A DNA stretch of 64,000 nt from Vicinamibacterales bacterium (GCA_963850725.1 CAWKMQ010000019.1:7996-71995); one strand, 5' to 3'. Shown: positions 11,809-25,890, numbered from the stretch's first letter. Notes: generated from the letters alone by a model not told the origin. Made by a program: numbers and translations.

Positions 11809-12976
11809 ATGCGGATTCTGATGATTGCGCCCGAGCCGTTCTTCGAGCCTCGGGGCACCCCGTTCAGCGAATACCACCGCATCAGGGCACTCCTCGATCT
11901 CGGCCATACCGTCGATCTCGTCACGTATCCATTCGGCGCCGACGTGCAGTTGCCGGGTCTCCGCATCTTCCGTGCGGCGCGGCCGCCCTTCGTCTCACAT
12001 GTGAAGATTGGCCCGTCGGCAGCCAAGTTGTTTCTCGATCTGACGCTGACCGCGACGGCGCTCAATCGCGCGCGTCTGGGGCGCTACGACGCCGTTCACT
12101 CGCACGAGGAAGGCGGCCGCGATTGGCGTGCGTCATCTCGGCCGCGCTCGGCGTGCCGCATCTGTACGACATGCACTCGAGCTTGCCGCAGCAGCTCGAG
12201 AACTTCGCCTTCAGCCGATCGGCGATGCTCCGCTGGATGTTTCAGCGGCTCGAACGGACGGCCATCAAACGATCGCGGGTGACGATCGTCATCTGCCCGC
12301 ATCTCGAGGAAACGGCACGCCGGGTGGTGCCCGAGGCACGAACGGTGCTGATTGAAAACGCGCCCGGCTCCGGTGAGGCGCCGGTTCACGGAAGCGGCAA
12401 AGCCATTCGCGAAGCGGCTCGCGCTGGACGCCGGCTCGCCAGTGGTGCTGTACACCGGCACGTTCGAGGCGTACCAGGGACTGGATCTCTTGTTCCAGGC
12501 GGCGGCACTGGTGCATCGAGAGCGGCCCGACGTGCGCTTTGTTCTTGCCGGTGGAAAGCCCGAACAGGTGGCGCGCGCCAAGGCGCAGGCTGTGTCGATG
12601 GGGGCAGACGGGTGTGATCTTCACCGGCGAGCTGCCGGCGGATTCGATTCCGAGCTATCTCGACGCCGCCGATGTGCTCGTGTCGCCGCGCAGCACCGGC
12701 ACGAACACACCGCTGAAGATTTACCAGTACCTGCGCTCGGGTCGCGCGATTGTCGCCACGCGTCTGTTGACGCACACGCAGGTGCTCTCCGACGAGGTGG
12801 CGATTCTGGCCGAGCCGACGCCCGACGGCTTCGCCCGCGGCATCCTTCGAGCCGTCAACGATCCGGCGCACGCAAAAAGCGTCGGCGACGCCGCAAAAAC
12901 GCTCGCCGAGACCCGCTATACCTACGAGGCGTACCTCCAGCGGACCCGCGAAGCGTGCGCAGCGCTGGTGGCGTGA
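11809..12976 (+). CDS. Glycosyltransferase family 4
   Basis: MRILMIAPEPFFEPRGTP, YTGTFEAYQGLD, GTNTPLKIYQYL. Confidence 0.9.
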
Positions 12977-13749
12977 TGGCGAAAATCGGGGTCGCAGGAG
13001 GGGTCTTCGACAGCGACCACTACAGCTATTCGGCATATGCCGACCCCGCGATGGCGGCAAGCTTCGACGCCAAGCGCTTCGGCGGGCCGATTGGCAGAAT
13101 GCTCCTCGAGGATCAGGAGCGCGTGCTCATGGAATTCCTCGGCGACGTATCCGGCAAAACCATCCTCGACATGGCCACGGGCACCGGGCGCGCGGCCCTG
13201 GCGCTGGCGCAGCGAGGCGCCCGCGTCACCGGCGTCGATGCCTCGAGCGAGATGCTCGGCGTCGCGCGGACACGCGCGTCAGCGCTGGGACTGACCATCG
13301 ACTTTCGCGAGGGCGACGCGCACGCGCTGACCTTCGCCGACCGGTCGTTCGACGGCGTTGTCTGCCTGCGCATGCTCATGCATGTTCCCGACTGGCGACG
13401 CGCGCTTGCGGAACTGTGCCGCGTGAGCCACCATCGGGTCGTGTTCGATTATCCGGCGCTCTGCAGCGTCGCCTCAATGCAGGCGGTCTGGCGCCGCCTC
13501 GCGCAGGCCATGGGAAGCACGGTCGAGGCCTATCGCGTGTTCGGCGCCGGCGATATCGCCCGCGAGCTCGACCGCCACGGGTTTCGCATCGTCGCAACGC
13601 ACCGGCAGTTCGTGCTGCCGATCGCGTTTCACAAGGCGATCGGATCTCCCGGCTTCACACGCGGCCTCGAAGGGGGCCTCGCGAGCGTTGGAGTGTTGAC
13701 GCTTGCCGGTTCGCCCGTCACCGTGGCAGCAGAGCGGTGCGCGTCCTAG
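12976..13749 (+). CDS. Class I SAM-dependent methyltransferase
   Basis: ILDMATGTG, GDAHALTFADRSFD. Confidence 0.9.
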   Translation: MAKIGVAGGVFDSDHYSYSAYADPAMAASFDAKRFGGPIGRMLLEDQERVLMEFLGDVSGKTILDMATGTGRAALALAQRGARVTGVDASSEMLGVARTRASALGLTIDFREGDAHALTFADRSFDGVVCLRMLMHVPDWRRALAELCRVSHHRVVFDYPALCSVASMQAVWRRLAQAMGSTVEAYRVFGAGDIARELDRHGFRIVATHRQFVLPIAFHKAIGSPGFTRGLEGGLASVGVLTLAGSPVTVAAERCAS

Positions 13750-14717
13750 TCACCGGCGCAACCGGGTTCACAGGGGGGCATCTTGCGCGAACGCTGGCCC
13801 GGCGCGGGTATCACGTTCGCGGTCTGGTGCGTCAGCGCACACAGGCGGGAGAGCTCGAAGCGGCGGGCATCGAACCGGCGATCGGCACGCTCGAGGATCG
13901 CGCCGCGCTCGCGCGGGCGGTCAAACGAATCGAGATCGTCTATCACGTCGCCGCCGTCTATCGGCAGGCAGGGCTTCCGGCGTCGGCCTATCGCGCGGTG
14001 AACGCCACGGCGGTCGGCGATGTCATCGAGGCGGCGGCCGAAGCGGGCGCCCGCCGCGTCGTGCACTGCAGCACTGTCGGCGTGCATGGCGACATCGAGC
14101 ATCCCCCGGCCACCGAAGACGCACCTCTTCGGCCGGGCGACATTTACCAGGAGACGAAAGTCGAAGGGGAGCGCGTGGCGCGAGAGGCGGCCGCCCGTAC
14201 CGGGCTGGCCGTGACGATTGCGCGTCCGTCGGGCATTTACGGCCCCGGCGATCGCCGCCTGCTCAAGCTCTTCCGGGGCGTGGCGCGGCGGCGTTTTGTC
14301 GTGCTCGGGTCCGGAGACATCTTCTATCATCTGACGTACATCGACGACCTCGTCGAGGGATTCCGGTTGTGCGGGGAAGTGCCAGCCGCGGCCAACCGGA
14401 CGTACATTCTCGCGGGAGGCGAAGTCACGACACTCAACGAACTCATAGGGTTGATCGCTGCCGAGGCGCACGTTCGGCCGCCCGCCCTCAAGCTGCCGGT
14501 CTGGCCGTTCTGGTTTGCCGGGGCGGCGTGCGAAGCGGTGTGCGCGCCGCTGGGCCTCGAGCCGCCGATCTATCGCCGGAGAGTGGACTTCTTCACCAAG
14601 AGCCGCGCCTTCGACATCAGCCGTGCGCGCGCCGAAATCGGTTACGACCCGCGCGTCGGCCTTCGCGAAGGCATTCGCAGGACGCTCGCGTGGTACCGGG
14701 AACGCGGATGGCTGTGA
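13737..14717 (+). CDS. NAD-dependent epimerase/dehydratase
   Basis: VTGATGFTG, HCSTVGVHG, YQETK. Confidence 0.9.
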   Translation: MRVLVTGATGFTGGHLARTLARRGYHVRGLVRQRTQAGELEAAGIEPAIGTLEDRAALARAVKRIEIVYHVAAVYRQAGLPASAYRAVNATAVGDVIEAAAEAGARRVVHCSTVGVHGDIEHPPATEDAPLRPGDIYQETKVEGERVAREAAARTGLAVTIARPSGIYGPGDRRLLKLFRGVARRRFVVLGSGDIFYHLTYIDDLVEGFRLCGEVPAAANRTYILAGGEVTTLNELIGLIAAEAHVRPPALKLPVWPFWFAGAACEAVCAPLGLEPPIYRRRVDFFTKSRAFDISRARAEIGYDPRVGLREGIRRTLAWYRERGWL

Positions 14718-15446
14718 AGCCCATTCCGCGCGTCCAGGACGAGCTCGCACATCCCGGCATGTCCGCCCGCGAGAAGTACGCCTCCCTCATCGTCGGTAAG
14801 CCCGGCCTGGGCTGCGCTCATCAAATACGAGCTCATCGTGATGCTGTCGCAACACGTGCCCGGCGCCCTCGGGCTCGTGCTGCGCAAGACGTTGTATCCG
14901 TGGCTGCTTGGCGCCTGCGGACGCAATGTCGTGTTCGGGCACAACGTCGTGTTGCGCCATCCGCACAAAATCAGCATCGCCGACAACGTCGTCATCGACG
15001 ACAACTGCCTGATCGACGCCAAAGGTGAATCGAACACCGGCATCCGCATCGGCAGCGGTGCGTTCATCGGGCGCAACACGATTCTCTCGTGCAAGAACGG
15101 CAATATCGAGCTGGCCGACGGGGTCAACATCGGCTTCAACTGCGAAATTTTTTCGGCGAGCCGCGTGCACGTCGGCCGGAACGTGCTCATCGCCGCCTAC
15201 AGCTACCTCGTCGGCGGCGATCACGACTTCAGCGATCCGTCGCGCCCGGTCCTGGATCAGCCGCGCACGTCGGCCGGCATCAGCGTGGGCGAAGGGGCCT
15301 GGCTGGGGGCCGGGGTCAAAGTCCTGGATGGCGTCATCATCGGCGCGCATGCCGTGATTGGCGCCGGCGCCGTCGTGCGCGATGCGGTTCCCGATCGAGC
15401 GACCGCGGTCGGCGTGCCCGCCCGGATCGTGGGAACGCGCGCATGA
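14714..15446 (+). CDS. Hexapeptide-repeat (LbH) acyltransferase
   Basis: Hexapeptide repeats, IGAHAVIGAGAVV, VGVPARIV. Confidence 0.9.
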
Positions 15447-16630
15447 TTCGCGTGCTCCAGGTCTGCGATCATCTCGGCTGGGAAGGCTCGCGCATGCACG
15501 GCGTGAAGCGTCTGTTCGCCTGGATGATTCCCCGGTTCGATCCCACCCGCTTCGACGTCTCGCTCGTCAGCCTGCGCAAGAAGGACCTGTCGGAGGAAAC
15601 GCTCGACGCCCTCGGCATCGACATCACGTATCTGCACAAAGGCAAGTTCGATCCGTCGACGCTGCCGGCACTCCTGAAGATCATCGACCGGAAAAAGATC
15701 GACGTCCTTCACCTCCACGGCTACGGCGCGACGACGTTCGGACGACTGGCGGCGGCCATGCGCGGTATCCCCGCGATCCTGCACGAGCACGCGAACCTCA
15801 CCGACACGCCCTGGTTTCAGAAGATCGCCGATCGCGCTGCTCGAGCGCTACACCGATATCGCCATCGCGGTCTCGAAGAGCACCGCCGAATTCGTCGTCC
15901 ATGCACGGCTCGTCCAGCCGTCCAAGGTGAAAGTCGTGTACCTGGGCGCGCCTCATGATGAGTTCAGCCGCGCGCGCTCGGCCGACGAGATCGCGGCCGC
16001 CCGGCACGACCTTCAGATCCGCCCGGATGACTTCGCCGTCGGGACAGTGACGAGGCTGCACGAGTCCAAGGGGAACTCGTACCTGGTCGAGGCCGCGCAC
16101 CTCGTCATCAAGCAGCAGCCACGCGCCCGTTTCTTCCTCGTCGGCGAGGGCCCTCTGCGGGAATCGCTCGAAGCGCAGGCGCGCCAGCTGGGCCTGGGCG
16201 ATCGATTCGTGTTCGTCGGGTTCGCGCAAAGATGTGGCCGCCGTTCTCAGCGCGTTCGATTTGAGCGTGTTCCCGTCTCTCTGGGAGGGCACACCGTTGA
16301 CCGCCTTCGAGGCGCTCGCCTCGGGGAAGCCGATTGTGGCGACCGACGCCGATGGCCTCGTCGACATTCTGACCGACGCCCGCGACGCGCGCATCGTGCC
16401 GAAGCGCGATGCGGCAGCCCTGGCCAGCGCCATTCTCGATCTGATGAACCGGCCCGACGAGCGTGCGCGCCTGGCGGCCGCGGCTCGCGTGACGGCCGAG
16501 CGTTACGACATCGCGGCGTTCGTGCGAAAAATGGAGCAGCTCTACGTGCTGCTCTGCGACGGCTCGCGGGCCAGGAAGGCCGGCGAGCCGGAGCGCGCCG
16601 CTCGGGCCGATTTGTCGTTTCTCGGCATGA
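15443..16630 (+). CDS. Glycosyltransferase family 4
   Basis: VTRLHESKG, PSLWEGTPLTAFEALASGKP (EX7E). Confidence 0.9.
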
Positions 16631-17672
16631 AAACGATCGCGGTGGTCACATCGTCGCCGATGTTCGTCGAAGGCGGGCATCTGGTGATGGCGCGCGCGCT
16701 CGTTCAGGCGCTGCGCGAAGAAGGCCATGCCGCCGAGCTGGTCGTGACGCCGCAAAATCGCTTCGGCCGCCAGGGTGCGGCGTATCTGGCCGCCTGGCTG
16801 ACCGACGTCGGGCTGGCGCATAACAACCGTCCGATCGATCAGGTGATCTCGCTCCGGTACCGAGCTACGCCGTACGGCATCCCAATCACGTCGTGTGGTT
16901 GAACCACACCATGCGCGAGTACTACGATCAGTGGGACGCGTTCAGCGCCCCGCTGCGAGTGGAAGGGGCGACATCAAGGAACTGACCAGGCGTCAGTTGA
17001 TCCGCTGGACCGATCGGCGCCTGCTGACCAGACACGTGCGAAAGGTGTTTACGATCTCGCAGACCGTCAGCGGCACGCCTCACCCGGTTCGGAGGCATCA
17101 GGTCGGAACCGCTGTACCCGCCACCTCCGCAACGCGCCTATCGTTGTGAAGGCTACGATGACTATGTTTTTGCGATCTCGCGGCTTGCACCCTTGAAAAG
17201 GCTGTCGCTGCTCATCGAGGCGCTCGCGAATCCCGAAGCGGCCGGCATCAGGTGCGTCATCGCCGGCGAGGGTGAAGAGCATCAGGCGCTCGAACACGCG
17301 ATCGCCACCAGAGGGCTTTCATCGCGCGTCAAGCTGATCGGGCGGATTGACGATCGCCAGATGCTGGAGCACCTCGCGCGATGCCGCGCGGTGTGCTTTC
17401 CTCCCTATGACGAGGACTACGGGTTCGTCACCGTCGAAGCGTTCGCATCGCGCAAGGCCGTGATCACCTGCACCGACAGCGGCGGCCCGGCGGAGCTGGT
17501 GAGTGATAGCGTGAACGGCCGGGTCTGCGCCCCTCGGCCCGAGACGCTCGCCGTCGCCCTGCGCGAGGTGATGGAAGACACGCCGGCAGCCGAGCGAATG
17601 GGGCAGGCCGGCTTCGAGAAGGTGTCAGGCATGACATGGCCCAAAGCCGTGCACCGGTTGATGACGCCGTGA
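16627..17672 (+). CDS. Glycosyltransferase family 4
   Basis: SRLAPLKR, DEDYGFVTVEAFASRKAV, DSGGPAE. Confidence 0.9.
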
Positions 17673-19715
17673 CGACCAGACCCGGCGTGATCGCCTCGGC
17701 GCTGCTGGGCATTCTGCTGCTGGCGTTTGCCCTTTCGGTGAATTTCCCGAAGGCCAACGGTGGTGCATTCAAAGGGGACGAATCGACCTACTACGTGCTT
17801 GGCCTCAGCCTCGCGCGCGACTTCGATTTCCAGTTCGAACGAAAGGATCTCGTCAGAGTCTGGGAGGAATACTCGGGCCCGCAGGGCATCTTCCTCAAAC
17901 GCGGAAAGGACGTCGAGATTCGAGGCTCGAGCTCGTTCCCGTTCTTCCAATGGCAGAAGCGCGAGGATCCCGAGCGCGACACGCGCCTTTACATCTCGAA
18001 GTCGTACATCTATCCGCTGGTGGCGGCGCCGTTCGTGTACCTGTTCGGCACGAACGGGTTTCTGGTGTTTCACGCGCTGCTGCTCGCCTTCGATCTGCTG
18101 GTCATCTATCTGTTCATCCATGGGGCCACCCGGTCCAACTGGGTCGCCTTGCCCTTTGCGCTCGCGTTTCTCGGGACGTCGGTCGTTCCTGTCTACTTCG
18201 TCTGGCTCGTGCCCGAGCTGTTCAATTTCTCGCTCGTGCTCTACGCCGTCTTCTTCTGGGCGTACAAGGAGGTCGCGCGCGACCAGGCGCGCTCGCTCGT
18301 CTGGCCGGTCGAGCGTCCGACTACATCGCGGCCGTGCTCATCGGCGTGGCAACGTTTTCGAAGCCGCCGCACCTGCTCGTCCTCGGGCCGATGCTGTTGC
18401 TGGCCGCGAGCCGGCGTCAATGGAAGCACGCGATCGCCAGCCTCGTCATCTGCGCTGCCGTGACTGGCGCGCTGTTCGGCGCGAATGCGGCCATTACCGG
18501 CGAGTTCAACTATCAGGGGGGCGATCGGAAAACGTTCTATTTCCACACCGGATTCCCGTTCGCCAATACGTACGAGACCTTCGACACGATCGGGCCGGTG
18601 CAGGGGCCGCGAAGACTTGCTGGTGGGCGACGTGCTGGTGAATGCCCATTCGGGTTCCGTGTTTCTTCACAACCTGTGGTATTTCTTCGCCGGGAGGAAC
18701 GCGGGGCTGGTGCCGTATTTCTTCCCGGGCATCCTCGCGATCGCGCTGTTCCTGTTGTCGAAGGACAAGCAGCTCTGGCAATGGCTGGCGCTCGTCACGA
18801 TCGCCGGAACCGTGGTGATGCACGTCTTCGTGTGGCCGTTCACCTGGAACGGGGGAGGCGGTCCGGTCGGGAGCCGGTACTTCATGCCGTTCTACGCGCT
18901 GTTTCTCGTCCTGATTCCACCCACGGCTGGACTCGGGTCGGCACTGACGGCGTTTGCCGTGCGGGGCGCTCTTCACCGCGCAGCTCGTCTTCAACCCCCT
19001 CTACGTCTCGCTGCGCCCGGGTGAACACACCAAAGCCGGTCCGCTGCGATGGCTGCCGATCGAGCTCACGCTGCTGCACGATCTCCCGGTGGCGCAGGAC
19101 GGCGACCGCATGCGCAGGGTCGATCGGTCCGCCGAACCCCGCCCCGCACATGTTCGCGTATTTCCCCGATGACAACGCGTTCAACCCCGAAGAGACACCG
19201 GCCAAGTCGGATGACTGGTGGTTCTGGGTCAAGGGCAACGCAAAAGCCGAGGTCGTGCTGCGCGGACCTGTCGCCAGCCTCGGCGGCGACAAATGGGTGT
19301 CGAAAACGATCACGCGATTGAACGTCGAGATTCAGAACGGTGCGGTCGAGAACCGTGTGACGGTCGCGACCGGCAGCGAATCGCAGACGCTCGACATGGC
19401 CCCCGACGAGAAAAAGGCCGTCTCGCTCGCACTGCCCGCGGCGTACCGTTCCGCCGCGACGTGCAGCCTACGAGCTACCTCTACAAGATTTCCGTCCGCA
19501 CGACGGCAGGGTTCGTGCCATTCCTCAGGGTGCCCTGCGACAAGCCGCAGGGACCGTGTCCGCAGGACCCGCGCTTTCTGGGCGCGATGATTCACCTCAT
19601 CCCGGAGTACACTGACGCAGATATCACGACCGGATGGGTGCCGCCCGGCGCGCGCGCATGGCGAAGCGGCGCGGGAAAGGACGAGAGAAAGAGTGGGGTA
19701 CTCGACGCACCTTGA
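17669..19715 (+). CDS. Large polytopic membrane protein, GT-C (ArnT/PMT-like) candidate
   Basis: FKGDESTYY (DE motif after first TM), multiple TMs, WNGGGGPVGSRYF, soluble C-terminal domain; many frameshifts. Confidence 0.6.
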
Positions 19716-20501
19716 AGCCAAGGTTGCCAGAAAAGTCACGAAGGCGATCCACGACTTCAACCTGATCGAGGACGGCGACCGCGTCATGGTCGGGCTGTCC
19801 GGCGGCAAGGACAGCTGGGCGCTGATTCAGATCCTCGACGTGCTCCGCAAGCGCGCGCCCATCAGCTTTTCGATCATCGGCGTGAACATCGACTCGGGAT
19901 ACGAGGATTTTCAACACGGCACCATCAAAGGGACGTGCGACGCGCACGGATGGGAGTGCCACGTTGAGCACACCTCGATCGGCGAAGTGATGGACGACCT
20001 GCTCGGCGCCAACAGCACGCCGTGCTCGTTGTGCGCGCGCCTGCGCCGCGGCGCCCTGTACCGGCTCGCCGACAAGCTCGGCGCGACCAAGATCGCGCTG
20101 GGTCATCACGCCGACGACTTCATCGAAACGCTGCTGCTGAACCTGTTCTTCGAAGGCAGCCTGAAGGCCATGCCGGCGCGCCTGGTGTCGGACGACCGGA
20201 AGCACATCGTGATTCGGCCGCTCGTGTACGTCAACGAGGCCGACTGCAGGGATTACACGACGTCGATGAAGCTGCCCGTCATCAGCTGCTGCTGTCCGGC
20301 GTGCGGCGATTTGAGCCTGCAGCGCCAGCGCATCAAGCAGCTGTTGATGGATCTCGAGCGCGAGAACGTGGGCGTCAAGAACTCCATGCTCAAAGCGCTG
20401 TCGAACGTATCGCCGCGGCATCTGCTCGACACGCGGCTCAATCCGGCGGTGGACATTCTCGAGGAGCAGGATCCCCCCAGCTGCTCCAGATTCGCTACTG
20501 A
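19693..20501 (+). CDS. ttcA: tRNA 2-thiocytidine(32) synthetase
   Basis: SGGKDS PP-loop, CSLCARLRRG, GHHADD, IRPL, CPAC. Confidence 0.93.
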
Positions 20502-20504
20502 CCC

Positions 20505-20955
20505 TTGCGTGCGGTCGTTCAGCGCGTGACCTTCGCGCGCGTGCGCGTGGACGGCCGCACCGTCGGCGAGATCGGACGAGGCCTGCTCGTCTTCGCCGGC
20601 GTCGAAAAGGGTGACGGTCCCGACGACATCAAGTACGTCGCCGGCAAAGTGAGCGGTCTTCGAATCTTCGAGGATGATGCGGGCAAGATGAACGTGTCGC
20701 TCGGCGAGGCGGGCGGCTCCGTGCTCGCCGTGTCGCAGTTCACCCTCTGCGGTGACTGCCGAAAAGGCCGGCGCCCGTCCTTCGACGACGCCGAGGCGCC
20801 GGCACGCGCGAGGCCGATCTACGAGGCCCTGGTCCGCGAGCTTCGCGACACTGAATCTGAAAGTGGAAACAGGCGAGTTCCAGGCGCATATGGAGGTGGA
20901 GCTCGCCAACGACGGCCCTGTCACGATTCTTCTCGACAGCCGGCGGCGATGGTGA
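20505..20955 (+). CDS. dtd: D-aminoacyl-tRNA deacylase
   Basis: MRAVVQRV, SQFTL, KGRRPSF, NDGPVT. Confidence 0.95.
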
Positions 20956-20972
20956 ACCTGGGGGGACGATTC

Positions 20973-21836
20973 ATGCTCATGACAATCCGAATCTTCATTG
21001 TGTGTGCCCTCGTGCTGGGCGTCACGGCGAGCGCGCACGCGCAGCAGCGGCCGCTCGCCACGGAAGATCCCGAGACGATCGGCGCCGGCCGCGTCTTGCT
21101 CGAGGGTGGCGTCTCGTTCGACAAGGATCAGAGGAATTTCGCCAACGGGCTCGAAGGGGACATCACGCACATCGCCACGCTCGGCGTCAGCATCGGCGCG
21201 GGCGCGACCGCGGAGGTGCAGATCGACGGAGGCTTCTATCAGAACATCGACGTGAACGGGCGTTTTGGTCGCCGCCGCTCGAGAACACGAGCCTGCTGCT
21301 CCCGGGCGACAGCGCCTCGGGCCTTGAAGATCTCGTCGTCGCGACCAAAGATTCGGATGGCGTCCGAGTCGGCCTCGCGGCCCGCGGTCGGGCGTGCGCT
21401 TCGGCACGAAACTGCCGGTGCGCCGAGCCCGAAAAAGGCATTGGCCTCGGCACCACCGACTTCTTTGCCTCGTTTCTCATCGCCAAGACCGTCCGATCGG
21501 TGCGCACGGTCGGCAACGTCGGGTCTGATCGTGCTTGGCAGATCCTGCAGGACGCGCAGGAATCGGTCACGGCGCTGACCTTCGGCGCCTCGATTGCGCG
21601 CGCGCTGACCAACGAGTTCGAGATGGTGGGCGAAGTTCAACGGAAGGCTGCCGCCGTTCGGCGAATTCACTCCCGCCGGCCTCGAGAGCCGCGGCGTGTT
21701 CCGCCTCGCCGGCCGCTATACCTACCGGATGCTGCGACTCGACTTCGGTATCCTGGCGGGCTTCACGGAACGCGATCCGAGCTTCGGCATATCGGCCGGC
21801 GCCACGTATGTGATCTCCGGCAGGGCAACGCCGTAG
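20973..21836 (+). CDS. Secreted / outer-membrane beta-barrel-type hypothetical protein
   Basis: Signal peptide, QQRPLATEDPETIG, alternating beta-strand pattern; frameshifted. Confidence 0.6.
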
Positions 21837-21845
21837 AAGGATTTG

Positions 21846-21908
21846 ACAGGAGATCAGGAGATCGCGGAGAAAAACCCTAAGTTATACTCCTCGTCTCTTA
21901 ATCTCCTG

Positions 21909-21909
<1 letters not shown>
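21846..21909. repeat. ACAGGAGAT(C)-type short repeat forming an inverted repeat between convergent genes
   Basis: acaggagatcaggagatcgcggag ... ctcctcgtctcttaatctcctgt. Confidence 0.6.
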
Positions 21910-23616
<1,707 letters not shown>

Positions 23617-23622
23617 GTCCTG

Positions 23623-25080
23623 TCACACAACCTGATAGAAGTTGCGAAGCGCCTCGATTTCGCGTTGCGTTCGATCCTCGGACCATCCGAGAGCCGCGCG
23701 CATCCGGCCCGCGACGTCACTCGCCGCAGCCTCGCCGGGATGGCCGGCGGACCCCAGGCCGGTTCGTCGGACGACCACGTCGACCAGGGTTTGAGCCATT
23801 TCTTCGCGAATCGCGTGCACGATCGGGTCGGAAGCATCGGCATCGTTCAAGCCGGCGCCGGGCAACGGCGTGTCGGCGGTACGGCAGGCAACCGGCGCTC
23901 GTCCAAGTTTCTGCAGCAACAGATCGACGGTGCGTTCGGCAACCAGGCGCGCGGTCGTGTACTTCACGCCGACGATCGAAATCAGCCCCGGCTCGGCTCC
24001 TTCGCGCTCGTGATCGATGATCCGCGAGTGGCGAAGCAGCGACAGGCGCTGGCCATCGATCGCGGCGGGGACGATGCCCCGGTGAACGAAGGTGATTTCT
24101 CGAACATCCAGTTTGAGGGCAGGGAAGGTCTCGTTGATTTCGCGAACGAAGCCATCGACCTCATCGCGCCGCGCGTCCTGATCGTCGGGCTGGCGTTCGT
24201 CGGCCGATTCGCTGGTTCCGATGAGCGTCCGTTCCCGCCAGGGGAGCATGACGAGCGCCCGCCCCTCGCGCATCGGCGCCACCAGCGCGGCCTTGCGAGC
24301 CGGCCGCGATGTGATCAGGTTCATGGCTTTCAAAAGCGGCCACCGGCAGCGCACTCCCGCGCGATCGAGCAGCGTCGCGGCCCAGGGTCCCGCGGCGTTC
24401 ACAACCACGCGCCCTCGGATATCGAGATCCTTTCCCGCGAGGAGATCGCGCGCCTTCACACCGGCAAGCCGCTGCCCGGCGCGGAGCGGCCCGGAGGCCT
24501 CCGTGTAGTTGGCCAGCACGGCGCCATGCTTCACCGCGGCCTTGGCAAACGAGAGCGTCAGGCGATCGCCGTCAATGGTCTGATAGTCGTGCCAGACGGC
24601 AGCGGAAGCGACGGATCGCAGCGCTCCCTCGAACAACTCGCGGCACTCGACGCCGGCAATCACGCGGCCCGCTGGAAGGTGCCGTGACTCGTCGACACCG
24701 TCGTTCCGATCGGAGCCGACCATGGCCTCGAGCGCGAGCGCCGTCTTCATCGCAAGGGGATTGCGCGTGAGAGACGAACCGGTCGGCATGGCAAACGCCA
24801 GCGGAGCCACGAACCGCGGGGCAATCCGTCCAAACGCCCGGCGCTCGCGGTTCGATTCGCGCATGCGGCGGATGTCGGCCGACTGGAGGTACCGCAAACC
24901 GCCATGGATTGTCTTCAGATGATTGAACGACGTGGCGCCGCCGAAATCGCCGCGTTCGACGAGCGCGACAGACAGCCCGCGCTGCGCGGCGTCGTAGGCA
25001 ATGGTCAGCCCGTAGATACCGCCGCCCACCACGAGCACGTCGAACTCGCGTTCGGCAAGCCGCTGGAGATCTCGAATCAA
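23623..25080 (-). CDS. FAD-dependent glycerol-3-phosphate dehydrogenase/oxidase family
   Basis: VVGGGIYG, DFGGATS, IHGGLRYL, VNAAGPW, GVKYTTAR. Confidence 0.85.
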   Translation of the reverse strand: MIRDLQRLAEREFDVLVVGGGIYGLTIAYDAAQRGLSVALVERGDFGGATSFNHLKTIHGGLRYLQSADIRRMRESNRERRAFGRIAPRFVAPLAFAMPTGSSLTRNPLAMKTALALEAMVGSDRNDGVDESRHLPAGRVIAGVECRELFEGALRSVASAAVWHDYQTIDGDRLTLSFAKAAVKHGAVLANYTEASGPLRAGQRLAGVKARDLLAGKDLDIRGRVVVNAAGPWAATLLDRAGVRCRWPLLKAMNLITSRPARKAALVAPMREGRALVMLPWRERTLIGTSESADERQPDDQDARRDEVDGFVREINETFPALKLDVREITFVHRGIVPAAIDGQRLSLLRHSRIIDHEREGAEPGLISIVGVKYTTARLVAERTVDLLLQKLGRAPVACRTADTPLPGAGLNDADASDPIVHAIREEMAQTLVDVVVRRTGLGSAGHPGEAAASDVAGRMRAALGWSEDRTQREIEALRNFYQVV

Positions 25081-25107
25081 GCGGGAACTATCTTATAGTA
25101 GGCGTCC

Positions 25108-25887
25108 GTGCCCAACCGTTCGGATCGCCCCTCGTCCCAGCGTGACGTGCGCGCGTATTGGAATACGCACATCCACGATCTCGAGATCACCACGCACCCG
25201 CCGGGCTCTCCGGGTTTTTTCGCCGACCTCGAGCAGTACCACTTCGAGAAACTCCACCATCTGCCCCAGCTCGTCCCGTTCGATCGGTATCGCGGTCGCC
25301 GGGTGCTCGAGGTCGGATGCGGTGCTGGAACCGATCTGATCCGGTTTGCCCGCCACGGTGCGCACGCCACGGGGATCGACCTCGCGCCGTCCTCCATCGC
25401 GCTCGCCGCGCAGAACTTCGCGCTCGAGAAGCTTCCTGCTGCGCTGGCGGTGGCCGACGGCGAGGCGCTGCCGTTTCGTGACGGGTCGTTCGATCTCGTC
25501 TACGCCCACGGCGTCGTGCAGTACACCTCGGACGATCGCGCGCTGGTCGGCGAGTGCCGGCGCGTGTTGAAGCCCGGCGGCGTCGCCGTGTTTCAGGTGT
25601 ACAACCGGATCTCCTGGCTGAACGCGTTGTCGCACATCACGAAGGTCGATCTGGAGCATGTCGATGCGCCGATGCTGAAGAAGTATTCCATCGGCGAATT
25701 CCGCGATCTCCTGAGAGATTTTTCGCGCGTGCGCATCGTGCCCGAGCGATTTCCGGTGAAGACCAGGCTGCACGGCGGCCTGAAAGGCACGCTCTACAAC
25801 ACGTGCTTCGTCGGGCTGTTCAATGCGCTGCCGCGATCCCTGACGCGGCGCTTCGGATGGCACCTGCTGGCGTTCTGTGAGGTGTAG
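25108..25887 (+). CDS. Class I SAM-dependent methyltransferase
   Basis: VLEVGCGAG, DGEALPF..GSFD, RVLKPGG. Confidence 0.9.
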   Translation: MPNRSDRPSSQRDVRAYWNTHIHDLEITTHPPGSPGFFADLEQYHFEKLHHLPQLVPFDRYRGRRVLEVGCGAGTDLIRFARHGAHATGIDLAPSSIALAAQNFALEKLPAALAVADGEALPFRDGSFDLVYAHGVVQYTSDDRALVGECRRVLKPGGVAVFQVYNRISWLNALSHITKVDLEHVDAPMLKKYSIGEFRDLLRDFSRVRIVPERFPVKTRLHGGLKGTLYNTCFVGLFNALPRSLTRRFGWHLLAFCEV

Positions 25888-25890
25888 CTG

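Noticed and set aside
16234-16902. In-frame fusion of two GT4 genes
   Set aside because: The junction is an ATGA overlap like its neighbours; one indel explains the apparent read-through
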